Assembly: GCF_009914755.1 (NCBI RefSeq)
Contig: NC_060931.1
Origin: the human T2T-CHM13v2.0 reference genome, Homo sapiens
DNA length: 64,000 nt
Direction: 5' to 3' (one strand)
Part shown: in pieces, positions 30,474 to 43,599 of the stretch
Numbering within the stretch: position 1 is the stretch's first letter
How the letters are laid out: each line of letters starts with the position of its first letter
The notes under the pieces: model-generated
The model's database searches: none
What the model was told of the DNA's origin: nothing
The model's input: only the letters and a program-made list of their open reading frames with translations
Program-made: the position numbers and the translations under genes

Positions 30474-30836
30474 TGATATGGCTTGACTCTGTGTCCCCAC
30501 GCAAATCTTATCTTGACTTGTAATCCTCACATGTCGAGGAGGGACCTGGTGGGAGGGTATTGGATCATAGGGGCAGTTGCCCCCATGCCGTTCTTGTGAT
30601 AGTGAGTTCTCACAAAATCTGATGTTTCAAAAGTGGCACTTCCCACTTCACTTGCTCTCTCTCTCTCTCGCCACCATGTAAGACGTGCCTTGCTTCCTCT
30701 TCACCTTCTGCCATGACTGTAAGTTTCCTGAATCCTCCCTAGCCATGTGGTGCTGTGAGTCAATTAAAAATCTTTTCTTTATAAACTGCCCAGTCTTAGA
30801 TAGTTCTTTATAGCAGTGTGAAAATGAACTAATACA
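30474..30836 (+). mobile_element. MSTA (MaLR) solo LTR
   Basis: tgatatggcttgactctgtgtcccc...aatgaactaataca; 5-bp TSD gcctc/gcctt. Confidence 0.88.
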
Positions 30837-31818
30837 GCCTTTGGAAATTCATGGTTGACCACAGACCAGGAGTTTGAGAATAAATGGGCTCTACAGTGAG
30901 ATAATAATTATTGGGAAGAGTAGTCTAGGCAGAGATAATAAATATTAAGGAAAGAAAAGCAGCTTGTCTTTTTCTGGGAAAAAGATGAGACTAAATGACA
31001 TATCTAGAGACACACGATTCTTGTTAGAAGTCATAGGCCTCACTCTTTGTGTTATGTGGTCTAACACATTTGATAGAACATAAGAGGAACTCCTCATTCA
31101 TTCACTTCTTTATTTAATATACTCCACTTGAAATATAAAAATCAGAACAGCAAAATCACCACCTTGACATCTGGTATTTTCAGTAGTTAAATTGATTATT
31201 AAAAAGTTTACCATCTTATTATTTGCTTGATATTAAAACATTTTCTTCTCAAAGAATAAGACACAAAATGAAATATGTAGTTTTTGAATAGTATTTTTCC
31301 TGGGTTCTAAGAAGATTCCAATGGCCAACAGGTCATCAACTTCAACTTTAAAAAATATTAATGTATAAATTTGCCATTATACTAGATATTTTGCTTTTCT
31401 TGGTTCTAGCTGAGGTAAGACCCCCAGAGGTAAACATCTGAGACAACCTGGGCCAATCGGATTTTATTTTATTTTTCTGGGAATTTGGAGTAAGAAGCCT
31501 GGGGGATCAAGCCTTTTACAATGAGGATGGAAGCTTAAACTGAATGATTTAGTAGCGTAGGGTCAGAGCCATTGTATGGCAAAGCAACAAGCTAACTGAA
31601 ATTTTTTTTGGGCATCTTAGAAACCAGAAATAGGAAAGCCAATTTATAGAAAGAAGCAAGAAAATAGAGCAAATATACAGAGAAGCAACAATAAGATGGT
31701 GTGGCTTATTGGGAAATAGAGCAGTATTCTGCCAGACATCCCAATTCTTATGTGCGGGATCACTTTTAGACCTAGGCAAGTCAAGCAAGTTCTCCCCTAA
31801 GTCCTTTAAAGTGCGTGC

Positions 31819-31902
31819 AGACACACACACACATATATGTATATGTATGTATATATATGTATATATCACAAATCACACAGGAAAATCACAAACACACACA
31901 TA
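31819..31902. repeat. (CA)n/(TA)n microsatellite
   Basis: acacacacacacatatatgtatatgtatgtatatatatgt. Confidence 0.75.
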
Positions 31903-32639
31903 TCACAAACTCACATGTGAAAATCAATTACTAAAGATAAAGAACACAGGGGTACCTTTGTCATTTGGAAGCCAGTACTCCATGCTGGCACAGCAAGACC
32001 CTGAACTCTGAACATCCACTCTTGTGGCTAACATGATTCAGTCATAAGGGAAATGCTTCTTCATGTCTTTTGCCCTGTGTTCATGAAATAAAGGCAGCAG
32101 GGTCCAGCTGAAGTTGTGCCTTTTTGATGTCAGAGATGGGCATTGCTTGAGTGCAGGGTGAATTTGGTTAAGTACAAGCTTTTGGTTTAGGTAAAAGACT
32201 AACTTACTAGTGAAATGTTTTCTTTTGATTTAGTGCAATCAATCTTGCACGATAAAATGTGATTTTTCAGTAGTGCAGAATGTATACTTTCTTGTTTCTC
32301 TTTAATACTCCAATTTGGATTTCAGAGGTATTCACAAATTGGCATAGTATTTGCAACCATTGTGCATGGTGGAAAAGGATCATTTTGCAATATTAAACAA
32401 TTCATATTATTTATAAATCTGTAAAATGTGAGTTGTAACACGATGCTACAGATTCTTTATGTAACAGAGAGGTCCTAGATATTGTTTTCAGAGAAGGTGA
32501 ATATAGAAATATAAATTTTAAGGATAGATATTTATAAAATCAATATACTTTACAATATTTTCTGTAGGATGATAGTTTCCGTATGCAATTCCATTAAATT
32601 ATAAATTATGGCATATAAAATTCTTGCTGCTGCTGCTTC

Positions 32640-32927
32640 TTTTTTTTTTGATGTGGAGTCTTGCTCTGTTGCCCAGGCTGGAGTACAGTGGCATGATCTT
32701 GGCTCACTCCAACCTCCACCTCCTGGGTTCAAGTGAGTCCTGTGCCTCAACCTCCCAAGTAGCTGGGATTATAGGCACGTGCCACCACACCCAGCTAATT
32801 TTTGTATTTTCAGTACAGACGGTGTTTCACCATGTTGACCAGGCTGGTCTTGAACTCCTGAAAGTGATCCGCCTGCCTTGGCCTCCCAAAATGCTGGGAT
32901 TACAGGCATAAGCCACCCTGCCCGGCC
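32640..32927 (-). mobile_element. AluS
   Basis: Full dimeric Alu, polyT at 32640, ends gcccggcc. Confidence 0.93.
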
Positions 32928-33565
32928 TGTGTCATTTTTTTTCTTGCAGCTCCAGCTCAAAGGATCTTGCTTCATTTTTGAGTTGTTGACACGTCCTATG
33001 GCCACTGCCTCATAAGAATAAAGTTTCTCCAAACTGAAATATACAAATATATTATTTAATAACTACAGCAACTTAAGAGATGTTGGTTAAATTAGCATTC
33101 ATATTGATAAAACACAGACTAAATGAACATTTTTACTATAATTACATATCAGTAATTTTGCTAAAATGGAAACAGGAATAAATTTTGTGAAATAAATATT
33201 TATGCTTACATATGTCTATTTCATTAGTCATCCAAACATGAATAGCCTATCAGCCAAATACCCAGATATGTACAATAATAATTTATCTGTGATATTTTGC
33301 CAACTTTCAAACATAAAAAACCGTAGGTTTACATTTTTAAAATGTTGTTTTCAGTTTGTCAATTAGGAGGACGGAATATATTTTATTTAACAATTTGGTA
33401 TCTTGAGATTTATCATTTTTAAATATTTTGTCATATGGTATGTTTTTTCCTATTGTAGTGTTGTGCCGTGCGCCAGAGATATTGGGGTGGGTCTACTTCT
33501 GTGAGCTGCTTTTACTTTGTTTTCTGGTTGACAACCCTGTTATTTCATTTCTATGAGATTCCATT

Positions 33566-33885
<320 letters not shown>

Positions 33886-35052
33886 CTATGAGATTCTATT
33901 GTAGCCTTTTAACCACACCCTATTTTTCACTTGGGCTAATTTGAGTTAATTTCTGGGGTTTTTTTTTGTACTAAAAAATCTTATCTAAGAAAATAATAGA
34001 GGTATATATTATTTCCCATGTAGATGAAAAATAAATGAATTCCCATTTGAATTAAAAATAATATAAAGCATAATCTACCAAATTCTGATTGTCTATATCT
34101 TGAGCCATTTTAGAAATGAGTACTTTTGAATGTGACTAATTTAGATCCTTCTAAATTCATCAGTACTTTTGGTTCTCTGAAGATTTGGACTGCTTTTGAG
34201 TGTACTTGTAGGAATGGAAGAAGCACAACAACAACAACAAAATATTTTACTTTCACTGACAAGAATCATATTTCTGGCCTTTAATGTCATGAATTAAGCT
34301 CTGCCATTTTAGTAGAAGAAAACACAGTAGGCTTGATATATTAAGTATATAAAGGAACAAAGTGATGCTAATGGTATTTGACTAGCACCTGAGACAGAAA
34401 ATTAAACATTAATAGAAAAAACTTTAAGTGAAATATTAATGCTATTCAAAAAAGAAACCTCAACTTTTAAAAAAATGTAAGCACTAATTTCAAGGTGAAA
34501 ATCGAAGAAAAATATCTCATTTATTTATTTTCCTGGTGTAAACCAGATTATTCACTCTTTGGAAAATGTTTTTAAATTTAGAGTCAGAGAATTCTTAGAT
34601 CTGAAAGGCCTTTATACGATTCTCTAAGTTCACCCCCTCATCTTATAGATGAGAAAATTGAGGCCTAGGCTGTTATACTGATTTGTAAAGCCTCACAGAC
34701 CGTAAATGGCAGCTTAAAGTACCCTCGTATTTGACTTATTTATCCAGTGTTCTTTCCCCGAAGAATACTCTGTAATTTCTTTAAATGAAATCAAATCTAA
34801 AAAGGAGGAGATTATAATATAGAAGAAAGAGAGTTAATAACCAATTTTAGGATCTATGTCTGACCTTGTTATTCATGAGGGCATTACTCTAAGAGAAAGA
34901 TTAAACAAAGATATCTGGCATTAAATGCAGATTGAAACATACTTTAATTCCACCTAACTGTATGCATTCATTCAGATGTGACATAGATATTCAGATCCTG
35001 TTGCTTTTTGCCTGAATGTGCTGAGTCAACCTTGTAATGAAAAAGGGATGAG

Positions 35053-35357
35053 TTTTTTTTTTTTTTTTGAGATGGAGTCTCGCTGTGTCACCCAGGCTGG
35101 AGTGCAATGGCGCGATCTCGGATCTTGGCTCACTGCAACTTCCGCCTCCCGGGTTCAAGCAATTGTCCTGCCTCAGTCTCCTGAGTAGCTGGGATTACAG
35201 CCATGCCCCATCATGCCCAGCTAATTTTTGTATTTTTAGTGGAGACGGGGTTTCACCATGTTGGCCAAGCAGGTCTTGAACTCCTGACCTCAGGTGATCC
35301 TCCCACCTCAGCCTCCCAAAGTGCTAGGATTACAGGCGTGAGCCACCGCGCCTGGCC
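35053..35357 (-). mobile_element. AluS
   Basis: Full dimeric Alu; TSD ggga(t/c)gag at 35045 and 35359. Confidence 0.93.
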
Positions 35358-35580
35358 AGGGACGAGATTTTTGAAGTTCTATTAAGTTCTATTTTCATGT
35401 GGTGTACTATTTCAACCTTTCTTTACTCTTCCTTCTCAGGAGAGTTAACCATTTTTCTGAACTGTTTGATCATTTCCTTCTCTCCAAGATGAATCCTTGC
35501 ACTTATGCCTTGAAACTCATCCACTTCTGTCTCTTCAAAGACTTTACTTTTTTATACTTTCTACTTGTTTTTCTCTAGAA

Positions 35581-35936
35581 CAAGGGTCCCCAGCCCCCAG
35601 GCCACAAACCAGTAGCGGTCAGTGGCCTGTTAGGAACCAGGCCGCACAGCAGGAGGTGAGCGGCAGGTGAGTGAGCATTACTGAGCATTCCCACCTGAGC
35701 TCTGCCTCCTGTCAGATCAGCAGGCATTAGATTCTCAAAGGAGTGTGAACCCTAATGTGAACTGTGCACGCAAGGGATCTAGGGTACGTGCTCCTTAGGA
35801 GAATTCAACTAATGGCTGATGATCTGAGGCAGAACAGTTTCATACCCAAACTACCCTCTCCCACACATCCCCTGTCCATGAAAAAATTGTCTTCCACAAA
35901 ACCAGTCCCTGGTACCAAAAAGGTTGGGGACCACTG
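35581..35936 (+). mobile_element. MER1B (hAT-Charlie MITE) inside an L2
   Basis: TIRs caagggtccccagcc / ggttggggaccactg; perfect 8-bp TSD ctctagaa at 35573 and 35937. Confidence 0.92.
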
Positions 35937-37358
35937 CTCTAGAAGGTTCCATCAACATGTAAATGTGCCAAAGTTTCTCCTGTCTTTAAGTGCAGGCAAG
36001 CAACCCATCTCCTCTATCCCACCAAGTGGATATTTCCTTCCACCCATCCTCATTTTCTCTTTCCCCTCAAGACCAAGCTATTGTAAAGGTAAGTGTCCAA
36101 TTCTCCACTTGCTCACTCCCCACGCATCCTTTAAGGCTTTTCATCTCAACTTGGTCCTCCCTTACTCACCTAACTCTAACCCCTTGTCCCAAATTCCTTC
36201 ATAGAAATTGTTTTCTGCAAAGGTAGCACTGGCTGCTTAATTGCTAAATCCAAAGGATACTTTTTAGTTCTTACCTTTCTTGATCTATAGAATATCTGGA
36301 AATGTTACATCTGGGAAAAAAACCTACATCATTGATTCTAGCCTCCTCAAATGACAGATGTGAAAACTGGAGACCAGAGAATCAAATCACTTTTTTTTTC
36401 CTCAATCACGCTCAGCAGTGTTTCCATAGTCAATGGAAAGAAATCAAATGTCATTTTGGCAAAAAATTATGCACTGTTCACCAGGCCATTTCTCTACCAA
36501 GATAAATAAATCAAAATTCATGATACCGAAAGTGCAAGGTTTTCAATAAGAGGTTAAAATAAAAATGACTTGTGTTTCGCATGTCTCAAGAGCCTTATTC
36601 ATGAACTTCATGGTAGCCAGTTCTTAAAAAAAAAGTGAGTCAGTAATTCTAGAATTTTAAAATTGTTCATTTAACTAAGGAGAATAGATACTAAAGAGCC
36701 AAGAAAGTCTTGGCAGAAGTAAAATCCCTCTGAGTATTGATGAAATTTTTAATTGGGTGATGCTGATACATATCTGCATTGGACGTGTGGATTTTAATTA
36801 TTTGCTTGGTAAAGACGTAAAAGATGCCTCTTGTTACAGATGTGATCTGTCAGCCATCCAGATAGATTTCCACTAGAAGAGGAAGAAGCTGTCTTCTCTG
36901 CTTCCTTCCTCCCTGCTCGCAAAGTAGAGATGCTATCTATAACCTTTTATGCTGGCCAGCCTGGAGCTCTTCCTGTTAAAACTCATGTACTTTAAAGTTC
37001 CACACTCATCTGGTATTTCTCAGCCTCAGTAATTAGGTCAGTGTTTAAATATAGAGCCACACATTATTTAAAATGTTGAGAAGCTTTGGAGCAATGTCAA
37101 GCTTCATCTCCATAAAGTGTTCTTACTAGTTTTTATTAACACTGTTTGGATATTATCATTTTAAATTTTCTCAGTGCTTGTATATTCAATTTGTACAATA
37201 TATATGTCTGCTCATATGTTATCTCGGAGTCTTGGAGCTATTTTTTCTTTATTTCCAGGTATGTTTCTTTGACCATTTTAGCTGATCATTTTTCTGAAGA
37301 ATTTCGAGTCCTTCCAACTAGATTAATGAATGTGGGTAATGTACTTAGCTTTTCTAAA

Positions 37359-37671
37359 TTTTTTTTTTTTTAATTTTTGAGACAGAATCTCACTCTGCCA
37401 CTTAGGCTGGACTGCAGTGGTGCAATCTCGGCTCAATGCAACCTCTGCCTCCTGGGTTCAAGCAATTCTCGTGCCTCAGCCCCCTGAGTAGCTGGAATTG
37501 GAGGCATGCACCACCACATCTGGCTAATTTTTTCTTTTTTTTTGTATTTTTAGTAGAGACGGGGTTTTGCCATGTTGGCCAGGCTGGTCTCAAACTCCTG
37601 ACCTCAAGTGATCTGTCCGCCTTGTCCTCCCAAAGTGCTGCGATTACAGACATGAGCCACTGTGCCCAGCC
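37359..37671 (-). mobile_element. AluS inserted in a MIR
   Basis: Full dimeric Alu; TSD ctaaatt(t/c)tt at 37354 and 37672; MIR sequence continues to ~37800. Confidence 0.92.
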
Positions 37672-38689
37672 CTAAATTCTTAATGTCCTCATCTCTGCAA
37701 TGGGAATACTCCTATTACCTGCCTCACAGAATTGTCCTGAGGATTGTATGTTCTCAGCATATTTCTTGGCACATGGCAGGAATCAAGCACATATTGACCT
37801 TCCAAACTCCTTCATTTCTTTTCTTTCTTGCCTTTCTCTCTCACAGCACCTATAGCTGAATCGCCTTTGGTAGATGCATCTTTCTACCCAATTCTCATTG
37901 AGTGAATCGATGTTACAATGGGCAGATTAAAGTGGAGACTTGTTTTGCATGGTAACATTGAAAACTGTGTATGTGACTTGGGAGGAATTGTTGTTCATGG
38001 GTCAGCTGACTAGTTATATTATGCAGTCTTTCAGATAACACAATGAATTATTAATCCACATTAGAGAGTTGAAGGCTGGAGCCCTGGATTCCTGCCCAGA
38101 GAACGACTCTGACACATTATAGGCATATGGTTGCCTGGCTGGAACAATGACTTTTTGTACACGTGCCAAAGGAAACTTTACGATGCCTGTTGACATTCTG
38201 TCCTTTCTTTGTTTCTCCATTATTGGATGACTTTGCTGCTCTATTCTTTTTTTTTTTTTTCCTTTTCTGTTTGGATACATTTTATCCTAACTTATGCCCA
38301 ATAAAACATTACTGAGAACATGAACAAGATAAAGGAGCTAGTATGTCTTGTTAGTTAGTTTCATTATGTGTTGAAGCTAAAGCCTTCAAAGGACTGTGTA
38401 TGATTAGGGCTTCACAACTATTTATTTAAAGCCTTATTTTGTCTCTGTTCATGTTTATAGAATATGAAATACTCAGTAAGGCAGACTTAGTACATATATG
38501 AAGTCTGTGTAATCTCAGGGCTTCAGGAAGACTCTACCTGTTCTCCCATACAACAAATTCTGCCACTCAGCTGCTGCAGGACTGCCTTCCACATATACAT
38601 GGTTTGAATTTCCTAATTCTGAAATTCTCAGTGGGTTGTATCAATGATAAGTATTTGTATCTTTAGTGCTGCCTGAGTTCAAGACATGA

Positions 38690-39055
38690 TGATATAGTTT
38701 GGCTATGTCCCCACCCAAATCTCCATGTGAATTGTTTCTCCCAGAATTCCCACATGTTGTGGGAGGGAGAAGATGGGGGGTGGGGCAGTAATTGAATCAT
38801 GGGGTCCAGTCCTTCCCCTGCTGTTCTCGTGATAGTGAATAAGTCTCACGAGATCTGATGGGTTTATCAGGGGTTTCCGCTTTTGCTTCTTCCTCATGCT
38901 TTTAATCTTGGTGCCATCATGTAAGAAGTGCCTTTCACCTCTCACCATGATTCTGAGGCCTCCCCAGAGATGTGGAACTGTAAGTCCAATTAAACCTCTC
39001 TTTCTTCTCAGTCTCAAGTATGTCTTTATCAGCAGCATGAAAATGGACTAATACA
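38690..39055 (+). mobile_element. THE1A (MaLR) solo LTR
   Basis: tgatatagtttggctatgtccccaccc..gggtttatcaggggtttccgcttttgc..ggactaataca; perfect 5-bp TSD catga. Confidence 0.9.
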
Positions 39056-40400
39056 CATGATTAGTGATCTAATTTTAGGATCAAAGGTTAGAAAGCTGCA
39101 TTAATCTTCTCAAATATGCCTATATATTAATATGTTTGTTAAAATCGATGATACTTTTTCAGAAAATATTTTCTATTAAGTAAAGTAGGCAACAGGATTT
39201 AAGTTATAAGAGTATACCTATTGACCATTAAAGTGAATTCAGGTATTTTCAGACTAAATGAAAAAATAAAAGGACCTTGTAAATGTTTTTTTTTGTTTTT
39301 TTTTTCCCGAAATAATCCCATATGCTGTTTGCTAGCCATGGAGTTAAAATGATAACAGGTTGGGTATTACTCTAGGAAAGCCACAGTAGAACCACATACA
39401 GATGGGACAGTTGATTTAGGTTCCTTCCTGAGCACATTAGCTTGATAAATGGATCAGATTTGTGAGCTACCACTTTAGACGAATAGAGGATCAGGTAAAA
39501 GGGAGCTTCAGTGGGGAAGGAGTGATCCTAGGAAGGAGGATCATAGCAGAGAAGGGTTTAGGTGGTAAGGACCTGGGAGGGGTAACTGGAAGGTAGCAGA
39601 AATGAACGAGACTGATTTTACTTAGTCACAGTTATACGAAGGGCATGGACCCCTGCAACAGAGAAGTCCCAGCTGCTAGAAATTGGCAGTTGGTGGTATA
39701 CTAGCATAGCAGGAAGGAAACTTATCTGGGAGGCAGGAATTATGGTTTGATCTGGGCTCTGCATTAATCAATTTGTGGTTTTGAATAATCTATGATTTCA
39801 GATAAGCCCTCATTTCATCAGTTATGAAATAATGGAGTCATACCATTTAAACCATCTGTTGTACCAGTAACATTATGATTCTAAGATTAGCTAATTCTTG
39901 TACTATCTTCCCTGTGTGTAATGGGAACATTTCTCAAGTCCCTAGGTAGAGCTGAGAAAAATATACATTGTTGTCTTCTGAAAATTATCAAATTTACTTT
40001 CAACTTCTGACTTTGTGTTTTCAAGTTAACTAGTACTTCTATGCCTATTTGCTTCTCTACTTTTTCATTGATGAGAAATGATTTGACAGCATTACACATC
40101 GTTTATAATTATTTTCAGAAACACACTAAAAATCTTTCAAACTGACATGTTCAATAATTTAAAAATGTCTAGCCAATATGTTTTTAAAAAGCCTGTTAAC
40201 TCATTTTTACTGTGTATTACTTTATACTCAAAAAAATATAACTCCTGTTTTCACTAAAAGTATTGATAGAAAACAAGTGGCACAATATTATACAGGATAT
40301 CTCAACATAATATCTTTAATATGTTTTTTCTTTCTTATGGTTATTAAATTGGTTGTACTTTCTGTTAGTTTGGTTTTTACCAACATTAAGAATTCATATG

Positions 40401-41595
40401 CAGTCATGTGTTACTTACTGACAGGGATATATTCTGAGAAACGTGTCCTTCGGTGATTTAGTCATAGTGTGAACATCATAGAGTGCACTTAGACTCAGAT
40501 GGTGTAGCCTACTACATACCTAAGCTATATGGTGTAGCCTATTATGCTTAGACTAAAAATCTGTGTAGCATGTTACTGTACTGAGTACCATAGGCAACTG
40601 TAACACAATGGTAGGTACTTATGTCTCTAAACATATCTAAATATAGAAAAGGGACAGTAAAAATATGGCATAAGTGATAAAATAATGGTACACCTCTATA
40701 GGGGACTTACCATAAACTGAGATTGCAGGACTGGAAGTTGCTCTGGGTGAGTCAGTGAGTGAGTGGTGAATGAATGTGAAGGCATAGGATATTACTGTAC
40801 ACTACTCTAGAGTTTACAAACTGTATACTTAGGCTACACTAAATTTATAAAAAATATGTTTTCAATAATAAGCTTAGCTTACTATAAATTTTTACTTCAT
40901 AAGATTTTTAATTTTTAAAACTTTTTTGGTCTTTTGTAATAATATTTAGTTTAAAACACATTTTTCTTTACATTTTCTTTAATACTTATTCTGTAAGCTT
41001 TCTCTATTTTTAATTTTTTTATTTTTATTTTTTACTTTGTAAACTAGTTTTGTTTAAAACTAAGACACAGAGACAATACATTAGCCTAGTGTATTGTCTC
41101 TGTGTCTTAGTCATCACATCAGAATCATCAATACTCTCTTCCACCTCCACATCTTGTCCCACTGGAAAATCTTCAGGGGCAGTAACATCCATGGAGCTGT
41201 CATCCCCTATGATAACAATGCCTTCTGTAATACCTCCTGAAGGACCTGCCTGAGGTTACTTTACAGTTAACTTTTTTTTTTTTAAGTAGAAGGAGTACAT
41301 TCTAAAATTACAATAAAAAGTATAGTATAGAAAATACAGAAACCCATAACTCAGTCATTTATCATCAGTATCAACTATTATGTGCTGTACATAATTATAT
41401 GTGCTATACTTTTATATGACTGGCAGCACAGTATTTGTTTATACTAGCATTACCACAAACATGTGAGTAATGGGTTGCAATGGCTATGATGTTACGAGAT
41501 GATAGGAATTTTTCAATTTCATTATCATCTTATGAAACCACCATTGTACATGCAATCCATCATTGACAGAAACATCATTGTGCAGTGCATGACTG
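40401..41595. mobile_element. Tigger3b/GOLEM-derived non-autonomous DNA transposon, end to end
   Basis: TIRs cagtcatg...catgactg, flanks tg/ta (TA target), ~1.2 kb, no transposase ORF. Confidence 0.9.
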
Positions 41596-42918
41596 TACAA
41601 TCCCCTGGCTGCTCATGTAATATGATTCCACATTAAAAATTACCCCTAAATGGAATAAAAAATTTCAGAGCACACATCACCTTAGTGATGAGATGTATTA
41701 TTAAGCAGGTAATTGAATCAAAAGAGATTTGAAATAGATACAGAAATCTACACAAAATGAGCATATGGAAGATGCTAGAGAAAAAATTCTATAGTTTCCT
41801 AGACAGGAAGAAATACCAGCAGCTGGCTATGCTGTTGGCACAGATGGAAAGAAATGACATATATACTAATAGACAAAAATATTTAAGGCATCAAAAATTC
41901 CAATAAATTAGCGAAACTTATAGCTTATCATCTAAATCTGGTTAGAAATTTTACAGAGAATTAAGAGAGAAAATACAAAAGACATTGGTCATAAAGAGTT
42001 CCAGAGCCATTTAGCCAAATGTTCAGACCCCATAGAAGATATTTCCTCTGGCCACACTTCTGAACGTAAATAATATTTGAGGTTTTCCACTGAAATTGAG
42101 CTCTATCAAGGGAATGTGAGTGAGAGTAGGTCAGAGTTCTTAGGAGTTCAGCCTTTTTCCTCTCTGTAGAATTAAGAAAAAAAGAAATTGCAAGTGACCT
42201 GAAATTCAATGAGACAATGTAACAGTTTCAGTGAAAAAGTTCATCTGATTCACAATGGGAAAAAAACTGAAATGAGGTTTTTGCTGAAATAAGTAACATT
42301 TATAACCAAAAAAGATTTTTTAAAAAAAAGCAAGAAAGGAAAACAGTGTAAGTAATTCTAAGAAAACAAGATGCAGCCAGAAAATCATGGTAATTCTTTG
42401 TATGTTTCTCCTCAAGATTAGGAAATTGTATTACAGCTAAAAAAAAAGGTGACCAAGAAGGACTGTTGGAAAGTGTTGAGGCATCTAAATTGCTTAAGTT
42501 TCTGCTTCTTTCATGACCCAGGATTTTGCAGCCTGGAAGGCAAGTGGAGAGGAATAGGGAGCCAGTTAGCTCAGCTGGCATTCATCTTTAGAAACAAAAT
42601 GATAATGAGAAGCCACAATTATTTTGAACCGCTTTTAATCTAGACTCCTCCTGGATCAGATTATAGGACTTTATGTGTCTGGATAAGCCACTTCCAACGT
42701 GTTTAGTAATCATGGATTAGAGCTTGAGAGATTTAAAAACAAAACATAACAAAAATTTCAACAGTCTATTTAACATAATGAGGTTGTATGCAAAAGAAGT
42801 TTTAAAATAATCTTTTAGAGTAACTTAAATGCTACCCTAGTAAGTAAAGGAGGTGAGATTTAAACCAGGTGTTTTGACTTTAAAGGAAACATTCATTACA
42901 TTGCTACCTTTTACTGAC

Positions 42919-43331
42919 TGCATTGGCCTCAATGTCCCCCAAATTCATGTGTTGAAACTATATCCACATTGTGGTGGTATTAAGAGGTGAGGCTGTTTGG
43001 AAAGTGAATAAGTCAGGAGGACTTCATGATTGGATTAGTGCTTTATTAAAGGGCTGGAGGGTACTAGTTTATGCTCTTTTTTCTTATGTTAAATTTTTTT
43101 TGCCCTTCTGCCTTACACCATGTGAGGACACAACATTTGTCTCCTCCAGAAGATGCAGCAACAAGGTATCATCTTGGAAGCAGAGACAGGGCCTTCACCA
43201 GACACCAAACCCAAAGATCCCTTCATCTTGGACTTTCAGCCTCCAGAACTGTGAGAAATAAATTCCTATTCTTTTAAAATTACCCAGTCTCAGGTGTTTT
43301 GTTGTATCAACACAAATGAACAGGCCCAGAC
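42919..43331 (+). mobile_element. MST/MLT1A-type MaLR solo LTR
   Basis: tgtcccccaaattcatgtgttgaaac..cttggactttcagcctccagaactgtgagaaataaattc. Confidence 0.8.
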
Positions 43332-43599
43332 TGCGCAATGTCTGAAGATCTTCATTTCACCCTGCTAGTAACAACCATCCTGTTACGTTTGCACTTCTTT
43401 GCAATTCACCCCACTTGAGTTCTGTCCTTCCGTGAAAACTTATCTTGCTTTTTGGTTCATCTGTATTCATAGACTTTCATCTGCTTTCTTTTTATCTCTG
43501 ACCCATAAGATGGATGAAAATTGTCCTAAAGATCCTTTCTGCTGTGTGTGTCAGGGCCCCTCTACCTTCAGCTGGGGTGGAGGGACTTTTGTCTTTACA